A program made the position numbers and the translations under genes. Positions 48,339 to 59,489 of a DNA stretch of 64,000 nt are shown here, piece by piece. A model generated the notes under the pieces. The model saw only the letters and a program-made list of their open reading frames with translations, was not told the origin of the DNA and made no database searches. Within the stretch, counting starts at the first letter, position 1. Each line of letters begins with the position of its first letter. This DNA is from Macrostomum lignano (taxonomy: Eukaryota), in NCBI GenBank assembly GCA_002269645.1, contig NIVC01000656.1, forward strand, positions 115,263 through 179,262. Direction: 5' to 3'.

Positions 48339-51195
48339 GCAAAGAAGAGGGCGGGACACCTGTTAGAGAAACGTGAAGCGAAAGTGGCCAAGCCTGCAAA
48401 CAAGGCCGACAAAATGGTAGATGAGGCTGACAAAATGGCGGACAAGGCCAACAAATCTGGTCCTGCCTGATCTGGGAGAGGGTGGGAGTCACTTAAAACT
48501 GTTTTATAACAATTTTATCTACTTTATCGTGCTTCCATATCATATGCATATTATTCATATTAAACTTTAAACATACTTCAGCATTTTTTCTCAAATTTAT
48601 ACAAACAAATAATTTTAACAAAGTAATAATTTTTACAAACTAAAAGGTAAATGCCAATATAATTTTTCAAACTAATGGTACTGTAAAAAAATAATATAGT
48701 AATTAAGCTGTCAACTTTAATTATATTTTAAAAGTTGCTACAACATTTAATTTTATAATTATAAACCGCAAAATCTTGAGTCAAACACTGTTAGTTTCTT
48801 ACTTTGGTGAATATATATCAAGACCAACATTGTTCCATTAATTTGAGCCATCATTGTCAGGTGAAAGTCGCGTAGCAGTTAGTCCGACTTGTGCAGATGA
48901 AAATCGGTGAAAATCGGAGTGAATCACATCGTCATATTTATGCAGATTTACACACTGCTGAAAGTTGGACTTATATCTGGTGAATGTCAGAGTAGTTGTT
49001 ATGTTTTCTTAGAGAAATAGATGAGTTGTCGATTTTGTCAGACTGACTTTTCTCTTTCAGTCTGACAAAAACCGGTGAGAATTGTACGAAGATGAATGTT
49101 AGTCCAAATTTCATCCGTTTTTTAATACTTTCATCTGCCTAAAATTGAGCAGACGACACCGACGTTTTAACAAGATGAAAATCGAATGAAAATTGGCTTG
49201 ATTTTCTTCTTCTTTGAGTCAGTTTACAGTTAAAAGTCAGAGTTGGGTCCTAGCGGGTACCAATGGTGTACTCTAGGTCCCTTTGTATGCCAGATTTTTT
49301 TGCATACATATATACCATCCGGAGTGTGGCTCTATTAGAATAAGTGGACAAAAGGCATTTGATTTTCTGTTACAATTTTGGAATTTTCTAGTGTTGCATT
49401 GTAGCTAGAATCAAGGCAGATGTTATTATGGCTAGGGGTATAGCTAGGAATTTCTCATAGGGGGTAAATACAGGGATATGAGTAGCTGCTGCTACTTGTA
49501 CTTGCTGGCCTAATGGGCAGTTCATGGGAAAATTAAGTGCCATAAATCAAATATGTAGGTACTTACTTGGTACGTTGGTAGCTTATTTTTATCTATAGCT
49601 ATAGGTCTATTTATTTCAATAGGGATAATTTGTTGTTGTTTGTTAAGGAATGCCAATGGCAATTGCCTGGGAGGAGATAGGGGGGGGGGCTAATGGAAGT
49701 CTAGGCCTATAAAAGTCTGTTAGCATATAGGCCCCTACCCCCTAGTGTATTAGTGTATACTCCCTGCCCCTAATCTATTATCAGCATGCCCATGGTCTTA
49801 TCAGCATATAGCCTAACCTTCTATTCCCTTTATTCTAATAGATAAATCTCTTCTCCAGTCTCCCAATGTAGCAGCCCCCCTTCAATAGAAAATTATAGGT
49901 TAGGCTAGGGCTGGCTGCTGGGCCTAGTATGCATTGGCTTTACTAAAATAATATTAATAATAGGAAATTACAAAGAAATTTGACAGTTTGATTTCACATT
50001 ATCATAATTTATAACTACATGATATATCTATTCTAATAGGCCTTAGATTTGAATTTTTAGGACTAAGCCTAGGTCTAAGTCTAAGACTTTAGAATAACTG
50101 CATAACATCTGTTGATATTGATATAGCGGATATTGGTTACTGGATGTGGATAGCCTTATGTCATGATTATAAAGCTATGAATATGATTGACTGACTTCTG
50201 AGCTAGCATCTTATTATAGGCCCGTATACTAAAAATGAGTTGTCTGTAGTGTAGCTAGGCCTATATGATAGGCTAGATTTCAAAAGAAAATGGTTCAAAC
50301 GATTTTTTTCTAACTTGCACCATCCTATATACTAAAAATCTAATTCTAAATCTGCTTGACTTGGTCTTCTTGATCTACTGAGTACTGACCTAGCTGGGCC
50401 CTAGGCCTATACATGTCTGTCTGTGGCCTGTCCTTGAAATAGGGCCTATGCAAATAAGAGACTATTATCTGCATGACAGATCTACTTTTTATTGAATTAA
50501 ACTACCACATAACTAGAAGAAAGTCGAGCGACGTTCCGTTCATGCAGCCCAGAGCCGCGCGCTCAGTGACACTGTGTCAAGTCAAGGTCAAGCAAGCATG
50601 CTATGTTAAAATGCGTTACAAAAAAAAAATCGAAGCCAACTTTGCAGGAAAGTGATTTATTATAGCAAAATGCAAAGAGTTTTCTGTAGTCTGCCAATTA
50701 GTTCTCTCAAAAATAAGTAAAGTTTAATAAAAAATAATTTAAATTTAATGAGCGTAAAGGTGTGTAAGTTCTATTTGGCTAAAAAATACATAGTTTTATG
50801 TTGTAAACTTCTTTTTCTATACATATCGCTAAACCGGCATTCGAATGGAATGAATAGATGAAACGTTTCTTGTGTTAGATTTGCGCAAAAGAGTTTTATA
50901 AAGCAAAATTAATGTTGAAGGAAGCTTGAACTTCAAACGAATCTGAATCCTTTTAAGATCTATCTTACAGCTCATTGCCTAAATTCCTATGGCCTGGGCA
51001 GTGGGCTACCGGTTATGCCCAACGGCCGCATGGCGACATTAATAATTGCTAAGTCATAAGTGCCCGCTTGATCGATGCCGATAGGCCTTAAAAAGTTCTT
51101 GCTAAACTGTAGGAGGAAAAAAGCAAACTTATTGTTGTTTGCAGAGTTCCAGCTTAAGTTAAATGGTAAACTTAACCATTGCTAGGCAAAAACTT

Positions 51196-51268
51196 CGCCC
51201 AATGTGGGGCTCGAACCCACGACCCTGGGATTAAGAGTCCCATGCTCTACCGACTGAGCTAACCGGGC
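51196..51268 (-). tRNA. tRNA-Lys-CTT: tRNA-Lys (anticodon CTT)
   Basis: The reverse complement GCCCGGTTAGCTCAGTCGGTAGAGCATGGGACTCTTAATCCCAGGGTCGTGGGTTCGAGCCCCACATTGGGCG is 73 nt and forms a canonical cloverleaf with A and B boxes. A TTTTT Pol III terminator follows. Confidence 0.98.
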
Positions 51269-52079
51269 ACTGTCCGAAGGGGTTTGGTTTGTTAGTCTTA
51301 TAGTTTTCTTCTAAATTTAAAACACTACAGGATTCTTAAACCTATTGCCCAAATTTGCTTGAAGGAATTGAACGCCGATTAAATATTCGTGAAGTTAATT
51401 GCTGGTAAAAATAGAGTTAAAAAATCCTTCAAGCCAAATTCATTTGTAACTTAGACAAAAAAACGTTTAAAAGTTAAACTGGCTATTCTATTCTATATCA
51501 CACCGCATTTAATGGATAAATAGGTAAAACAGAAAGTTTTGTTCTGGTAAAACAGAAACAACAAACCGAAATCAGCTTCTAATTTTAGCTTAAAACCACT
51601 TATTAAGAAGTCATTTGTTACCAACTCTACTTGCAGTAATATAAGCAAAAAATGCATTTTAATGTTGCCTGCCTCGCAATAAAAAAATCGGCTGCAATTT
51701 TTCATTTAATGAAACGATTAGCAACAGATGGTTTATTATACTAGCATAGCTGCTAGCTGCAGCTTCGCCAAGTTATTAACTTATTACTGATGATCGGCAA
51801 AATTGCATCGAAAAACAATTGATGTGACACTGTCAACACTGGCCATGAATTGGCGTCTTTAAAAATTAAATGAAGAACTATTAGAAAAAAACAGCTTGCC
51901 ATATGGCATATATATAAAACCGGAATAGAAACTTTTAAAAGTACACTAGAAAACTAAAATCCACGTTTGCTACGTGTAAATAAATAGGATAACAGAGAAA
52001 TTCAAATCACTTTTCACTAGGACATTACCGTCCCCTAAGATTCTATAGGTAAAATTATGTTAAAACTCGCAACTGGATT

Positions 52080-52530
52080 ACCGGTTCCCAACTCAATCTC
52101 ACACCTGGGTTACAGGTGACCAACTCAATCTTCTCACACCTGGGTTACCGGTGACCAATGCAATCTCACACCTGGGTTACCGGTTACCAACTCAATCTCA
52201 CACCCAGGCTTACCGGCTTTCAACTCAATCTCACACCTAAGCTACTGGTTTCCAACTAAATCTCACACCTGGGTTACCGGTTCCCAACTCAATCTCACAC
52301 CTAGACTACCGGTTTCCAACTAAATCTCACACGTGGGCTACCGCTTTCCAGCTAAATCTCACACCTGGGATACCGGTTCCCAACTAAATCTCACACCTGG
52401 GATACCGGTTCCCAACTAAATCTCACACCTGGGTTAACTAAATCTCACACCTGGGCTACTGGTTCCCAACTAAATCTCACACCTGGGATACCTGTTCCCA
52501 ATTCAATCTCACACGTGGGTTACAGGTTCT
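52080..52530. repeat. Minisatellite, ~32-bp unit, downstream of FBXW5-like
   Basis: Tandem aatctcacacctgggttaccggttcccaacta variants. Confidence 0.9.
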
Positions 52531-52693
52531 TAATTATAAATACTTAAATGGGGCTATAGCTCAATAATCTATTACATGTATTAAGATAGCAACAAAATGA
52601 TTACAGATTACAAAAAGATATACGTTATTAAAGTAGAGAAACCTGTAAGCGCTAAATAGCGAGTACATAATGTACTCTTCTATAAGTAGTAAG

Positions 52694-55600
52694 CTACTGG
52701 CCTGTCTCCATTCTCATACTATCAGCAGTCTGCTTAGCCGCCATTCGCCTAGTCATCATTGGCTGTTGTTGCTTTGCCAATTGTTGCTCTTGCTGCTTCT
52801 GCTGCTTGAGCCGTTTCTGCTGCTGCAACAATCTGTACCTGCGGCTAGACCAGAACTTCACTGTACAATCGTCTGATGCGGTGGCGAGCAAACCGCAGGC
52901 TGACAGGGCGCATGCGTTGACTACGGAATCGTGACGCAGAGTGCACAATTTGGTGCCGTATATCCTGTCCCAGACGTATGCCTGCAATGCAGTGCGAGTG
53001 CCGGTGTTTTTTTACTTTTTGACTACTACTAGTAGTGCGCTTTCTATAAAAAATATAAAAAAATTGACGGATAGTGAAATGGAAATAGTTGTCATACGAA
53101 TACAATTGGAAAAATAAGGCTTGGAGGTCACCAAGGTCACCGACCTCACCGATTCTAGGTTATAAATGTAAAGTCAAATATTTTACAAAACGGAACAAAA
53201 TGTCGTAAGGACACAAAAGCTAGATGACCTTAAATGTCCTGATGTTCCGAAATAAAAAAGACCTTAAATTTCCTGGTTCCTAAAATCTAAACGACCTTAA
53301 CTGTCCTGGCTCCAGAAATCTAAATGACCTTAAATGTCCCTAGGTCCCAAAATCTAAATGACATTAAATGTCTTGGCTCCAGAAATCTAAATGACCTTAA
53401 ATGTCCATAGGTCCCAAAATCTAAATGACATTAAATGTCTTGGCTCCTAAAGTCTAAATGACCTTAAATGTCCTAGCTCCTAAAATCTAAATGACCTTAA
53501 ATGTCCTTGAGGTCGCAAAGTCTGAATGACCTTGAATGTCATGAGGTCTTTAAGTGATTTTAAATTTCCCGAGATCAACTCTAAATGAACCTGAACAGAC
53601 CCCAAAGGCCACCAACCAGCTAACAAATACCTGGCAGTCCTCGCTGCCGCTGCACACCAGTTGCGAGCCGACATCCATAAACAGAAAGAAGCACTGCTGG
53701 CTGGGCGTGAAGCCCTTATGCCCGGTGTAAACACAGCCAAAGTACCGGCAAGCCAGCAGGTCGAGCACGTGAATCTCAGCCGATTCGCTCAACTCTAAGG
53801 CGCCGATGGCGGCCGGTGCAGCAGCGAAGGCCAAGTCCCAGTCGGCGGCGTCGCCGACGGCTGCAGCTGCGGCGGCAGCTTGCGGATGTCGCCAAGGCCG
53901 CACGTTGACGAATAGGAAGCGATGATCCTGGCTGAGGCTCATGCCGATCACGTGACCGCCGACCGTTACTTCCCATTCGTCGGCGTCAATATCCGGGTTG
54001 TCGCCGACGCCAGCGACGCGGCGCGTTGAAGACTGCTCAGACAAGGAATAGATGCTGCGGCTGGCCCAGCGGCACGGGTCGGCGTCGGGATCGAAACCTG
54101 CGAGGATGGAAGCCGAAACATTGACAGATCATTGGGGACTTTTTCCATGGAAAGCCATTCTCTTAAGTCACCAGGGACGATTTTCAAGTTCATAAAAGAG
54201 AGATTCTCACGCACAGGAAAGGGCGATTCTCAAGGTCATAAAAGGGCGATTCTCAAGGACAGGAAAGGGCGATTCTCAAGGTCATAAAAGAGAGATTCTC
54301 AAGGACAGGAAAGGGCGATTCTCAAGGTCATAAAAGGGCGATTCTCAAGGTCATAAAAGGGCGATTCTCAGGGACAAGAGAAGGCGATTTTCAAGTTCAT
54401 AAAAGGGCGATTCTCAAGTTCATAAAAGGGCGATTCTCAGGGACAAGAGAAGGCGATTTTCAAGGCCATAAAAGGGCGATTCTCAAGGACGTAAAAGGGC
54501 GATTCTCTAGGTCTTAAAAGGGCGATTCTCTATGACGTAAAAGGGCGATTCTCAGAGACAGGAAAAAGCGATTCTCAGGGTCATAAGAGGTCAATTCTCA
54601 GGGTCATTAAAGATTGATTCTCAGGGACAGGAAAGGGCCATTCTCAGGGTCATAAGAGGTCAATTCTCAGGGTTATAAAAGAGCGATTTTCAGGTACAGG
54701 AAAGGGCAATTCTCAGGGTTATAAAAGGGCGACTCTTAGAGACAGGAAGAGGCGATTCTGAGTGAGACGGAAGCCAGCCAGCAATTCCCAAGTGCTTCAA
54801 TGCATGAAGAGTGGATTATGAAAGCTTGGAGCTTTGGAAGTACTCCAACAGCGGCTCACCCGCGTCGCTATCCGGACCGTGAAAACCATTCAGGTGCCTC
54901 TCGTAGGCGCCAATCCAAGGCGGCCGGCAGTGCCGCAGGCGGCGCACGCAGACGCACTCGGACAGGAAGTTGTTGCGGCCGCGGTTAACCAGCAGGAGCT
55001 TCTCGCGGCAGCGGCATTCGGCGGGGTCGCGGCGGACCGAGGGGGAGACGTCGCTTGCCTTGGCTGGGTTGTTTGAGTGGGTGGGATCGGAAGGGTTGGC
55101 GCTGGGATGGGCGACTTAGTGCCGATTCTTAATGGCGATTTTTAATGACGATTTTTAATGACGATTTTTAATGACGATTTTTAATGGCGATTTTTAATGG
55201 CGATTTTTAATGGCGATTTTTAATGGCGATTTTTAATGACGATTTTTAATGACGATTTTTAATGGCGATTTTTATTGGCGATTTTTAATGACGATTTTTA
55301 ATGACGATTTTTAATGGCGATTTTTAATGGCGAGTTTAAATGGCGATTCTTAATGGCGATTTTTTAATGGCGATTTTTAATGGCGATTTTAAATGGCGAT
55401 TTTTATTAGTAATTTTTAATGCCGATTCTTAATGGCGATTTTTAAAGCGATTTTAAATGGCGATTCTTAATGGCGATTCTTAATGGCGATTTTTAATGGC
55501 GATTTTTAATGGCGATTTTTTATTAGTAATTTTTAATGGCGATTCTTAATGGCGATTTTTAATGACGATTTTTAATGACGATTTTAAATGGCGATTCTTA

Positions 55601-58600
55601 ATGGCGATTCTTAATGGCGATTTTTTAATGGCGATTTTTAATGGCGATTTTTTATTAGTAATTTTTAATGGCGATTCCTAATGGCGATTCTAAATGGTAA
55701 CTTTTTTGGCGATTTTTAAAGCGATTTTAAATGGCGATTCTTAATGGCGATTTTTAATGACGATTTTTAATGACGATTTTTAATGGCGATTTTTTATTGG
55801 TAATTTTTAATGGCGATTCTTAATGGCGATTTTTAATGGCAATTTTTTATTAGTAATTTTTAATGGCGATTCTTAATGGCGATTCTAAATGGTAACTTTA
55901 ATTGGCGATTTTTTAATGGCGATTTTTGATGCCGATTGGGGCGATTCTCAAGGACGATTATCAGGGGCGATTCCTAATGGCGAATCCGCTTCCCCAGCAC
56001 TCACTCAGCAGCCTATTAGACTCGAACTCGTACTGCAACCGGCTGGCTCGAGTTTGAAATCTGCCGCAATATTGATTGCTGCTATTATCATCACTATCGA
56101 CATTATTGTTGAACCGACACCGACCCTTAGCGCCGAGGCACATCCGGCCGCCTTGAGCAACCATCAGGCGTCGAACAGTGGCCGCCGGATGTCCGACATA
56201 GGCCTGCAGGCTGGCCGACTCCGGCGTGTTTCTCAGCTCCAACAGCAGGCGCTCATTGCTGGTTAGAAGGCCGATCTGTAGAGTTGTTGCGTTTGAGTTG
56301 TGAGACTTGGTCTCAAGTCTCGCCGATTTCAACAACAGAAAGGAAAATCTCACCCTACAAGCCTATTCAATCTTCAAAATCTCCACCCTACAAGCTTAAC
56401 AGTCTTCAAAATCTCACCCCATATATATGTTTAATAGCCTCCAAAATCTCACCCCTATAAGTTTAATAGTCTTCAAAATCTCACCCATAAGGTTTAATAG
56501 TCTTCAAAATCTCACCCCCTACAGGTTTAATAGTCTTCAAAATCTCACCCCATAAGGTTTAATAGTCTTCAAAATCTCACCCCCTACAGGTTTAAAAGTC
56601 TTCAAAATCTCACCTCTACAAGTTTAATAGTCTTCAAAATCTCACCTCTACAAGTTTAAAAGTCTTCAAAATCTCTCCCCTACAAGTTTAAAAGTCTTCA
56701 AAATCTCACCCCATAAGGTTTAATAGTCTTCAGAATATCACTCTTTTTACCAACATTCAAAATCTCACCCCACAAAAAGTTGGATAGGCAGCCTTCAAAA
56801 TGAGCTCACCCTGTGAATAAGCACCCTGGTCACGCTAGTATTATCGAAATTGTTCAGTTCAAACGTGCCAGACAGATAGTGATAAGAGTCTAAGAAGCAG
56901 CCGAACACGTCGTAGGGTTGCAGCTCTGCTCTGGAGAGAAACTGGTCCATCTCTGCAGGGTTCAATTAAATAGACTTTATTTTAAAACTAACATTAACAG
57001 ATTAACACTGATCTTGAGAAAGATCAGTTAACATCTCACCATAGAGATGAATATCTGTGTTTATTCACCGTTGTATCCAATTACATCGCCATTTACATCG
57101 CCATAGCAACCGTTGGTATCCAATCGGCAATATTATAGCTACTTAAAACTAATAAAACAGTAGCATAGCACCGAATAAATACCCTAGCAACGGTTGCCAG
57201 GCGAAAAATACCCTAGCAACGGTTGCCAGGCGAAAAATACCCTAGCAACGGTTGCCAGGCGAAAAATACCCTAGCAACGGTTGCCAGGCGAAAAATACCC
57301 TAGCAACGGTTGCCAGGCGAAAAATACCCTAGCAACGGTTGCCAGGCGAAAAATACCCTAGCAACGGTTGCCAGGCGAAAAATACCCTAGCAACGGTTGC
57401 CAGGCGAAAAATACCCTAGCAACGGTTGCCAGGCGAAAAATACCCTAGCAACGGTTGCCAGGCGAAAAATACCCTAGCAACGGTTGCCAGGCGAAAAATA
57501 CCCTAGCAACGGTTGCAAGCCGAATAAAAAATCATACCAACGGTTGCCAGCCGACCCAAATAAAAAACCATAGCAACGGTTGCCACCCGACCCGAATAAA
57601 AAACCATAGCAACGGTTGCCAGCCGGCCCAAATAAAAAACCATAGCAACGGTTGCCACCCGACCCGAATAAAAAACCATAGCAACGGTTGCCAGCCGACC
57701 CAAATAAAAAACCATAGCAACGGTTGCCACCCGACCCGAATAAAAAACCATAGCAACGGTTGCCAGCCGACCCGAATAAAAAACCATAGCAACGGTTGCC
57801 AGCCGAATAAAAAAACATAGCAACCGTTGCCACCTGAATAAAAATAGCCTAGCAACGGTTGCTAACAGAACAAACACGCATAGCAACACCTAAAATGAGC
57901 GAACTATCACCATAGCAACAATAAAACAAATTCTCTGCAAACGCACCAACATTGTAGATGGCAATTTCGCCTTGTTCAGCCTCTCGCTTAGCTCCGCTAA
58001 TAAGTATAACATCGCCAGACTCGGCTGCAAACGGTTGAAACTCCACGTACTGGCAGTAGAGCCAATCAAACTGCGACACCAGTTCCAGGCGATGCGTTTC
58101 AACTGCGTCATCTGCTGGCAGCGAGGCAATTAAAGCGGCTTTGTTAAAGTGCAGCGTGCGATAGCACTGGCCAGGATTGCACACCAGCCACAGCTTCACC
58201 GTGCCGTCCTTTGAAGCGGTGGCGAAATATCGGCCATCGGGAGTGTCCGGCGCCGCCACGTGCAGCACCTGGTTTATGTCAAAGAGAGATCAAATGGGAA
58301 ATGATAATGACATCACAATCACATTATTTTTTACTATATTCGTTTGGTAATGATTCATACCAAGGTGATTAAGGCCCGTTTGGACAGGCACGACTCAGTT
58401 ATACGAACTATGGACATTATTATTCATTTCTATGGCCACATGACTCATTTCTATAGCCAGATTTCTATGGTTACATGACTCACTTCTATGGCTGCATGAC
58501 TCATTTCTATGGCTACATGGCTCATTTCTTTGGCAAGATGACTCATTTCTTTGGCAAGATGACTCATTTCTAAGGCAATATGACTCATTTCTATGGCAAC

Positions 58601-59396
58601 ATGATTCGTTTCTATGGCATCATGATTCATTTCTTAGCCAGATGAAGCCAGACGACTCATTTCTATGACCACATTACTCATTTTTATGAATAAAGTACTC
58701 AGTTTTATGGCTACATTACTCATTTCGATGACCATACGACTCATTTTAATAACCAAATTAGTCATTTGACGATCACATGCCTCCTTAAAAGACAGCTGCA
58801 TGATCCAACTGGTTAGTCATGGCTTTTCATGTCATTTGATCAATCATGATTCATGACCAACTTCGAGTGCCAAAATCTAATTTAAATAGTTCCATGAATT
58901 AGAAATGACTATGACTCATTAGGATGATCATACCACATAACTTTATCTAGGATGCCCATCCAGATTCACTTGATTGGTCATTCATGACTCATTTGGATGG
59001 TCGCTACTTATTAATGAGTTACTTTCTGTTCCTATCCCCCAATAGCAGAGTGACTAGTTAAGACTAAAAACAAACTGAAAAAACGCCAACCTCATCGCTG
59101 TGCTGGCCGCACTGGCACTCCAGCTTATCCGGCTTAGAATCCTCAATCAATCGCGCTAATTGGTGGCGCGTTGGCGCCACCGGCGGCAGCGGATCGGAGC
59201 GCCGATAATTGGGATGCGACCTGGCCAAGTAGCCCGACCAGAAGGCTTCGCGGTTGACTAGGAAATGCCAATTGCGACAGGCCAGCGACACGGCCTCAAT
59301 GTCGGCCAGGGAGTCAAGCGACTCCAGCACGCGATAGAATGCTAGCTGGGGCAGGTTGCACCATAGACTGTGCTGGGGAGAGCAGGGCTGAGCCAT
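52694..59396 (-). CDS. FBXW5: F-box/WD40 protein FBXW5-like, seven exons
   Basis: Phase-compatible exons: 59396-59091 (F-box LPQLAFYRVLESL..SLACRNW), 58268-57947 (FATASKDGTVKLW, GEIAIY), 56952-56825 (QPYDVFGCF), 56275-56005 (AATVRRLMVA), 55063-54860, 54097-53631 (GHVIGMSLSQDHRFLFVNVRPW, GHKGFTP..CFFLFMDV) and 52981-52694 (YVWDR..RHDSVVN..LATASDDCTVKFW). This matches the FBXW5 motif order. Confidence 0.9.
53220..53600. repeat. Minisatellite, ~33-bp unit, FBXW5 intron 6
   Basis: Tandem aaatgaccttaaatgtcctggctccagaaatct variants. Confidence 0.9.
54165..54760. repeat. Minisatellite, 23-bp unit, FBXW5 intron 5
   Basis: Tandem aaaagggcgattctcaaggtcat variants. Confidence 0.9.
55110..55985. repeat. 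Minisatellite, 13-bp unit, FBXW5 intron 4
   Basis: Tandem tttttaatggcga variants. Confidence 0.93.
56340..56775. repeat. Minisatellite, ~31-bp unit, FBXW5 intron 3
   Basis: Tandem aaaatctcacccctacaggtttaatagtcttc variants. Confidence 0.9.
57170..57875. repeat. Minisatellite, 29-bp unit, FBXW5 intron 2
   Basis: Near-perfect tandem aaataccctagcaacggttgccaggcgaa, followed by longer variants. Confidence 0.95.
58410..58760. repeat. Degenerate minisatellite, ~21-bp unit, FBXW5 intron 1
   Basis: Repeated atgactcatttctatgg. Confidence 0.85.
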
Positions 59397-59489
59397 TTGC
59401 GCTTGTTCTCAGTTGGCTTTTAATTTGGGCGGCGGCAATACAAGTACAGAGTGAGGCATGCATTGAAATGTGAGGACTCCGAGTGAGGA

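Larger units (their letters stand above)
42933..49257 (+). mobile_element. EnSpm/CACTA (CMC)-type DNA transposon, 6325 bp, three genes
   Basis: Imperfect TIRs: cccactgggacctaactccgac (from 42933) and gtcagagttgggtcctagcggg (to 49257). Both ends are flanked by TA. Subterminal repeats are ttttcacc(g)ac on the left and ggtgaaaat on the right. An internal EnSpm-type transposase is present. Confidence 0.85.

Noticed and set aside
50960-51110. GC-richer segment near the tRNA, considered as snRNA or SL RNA
   Set aside because: No match by eye to U1/U2/U4/U5/U6, 5S or 7SL, and no convincing Sm site. An Infernal/Rfam scan would be decisive.
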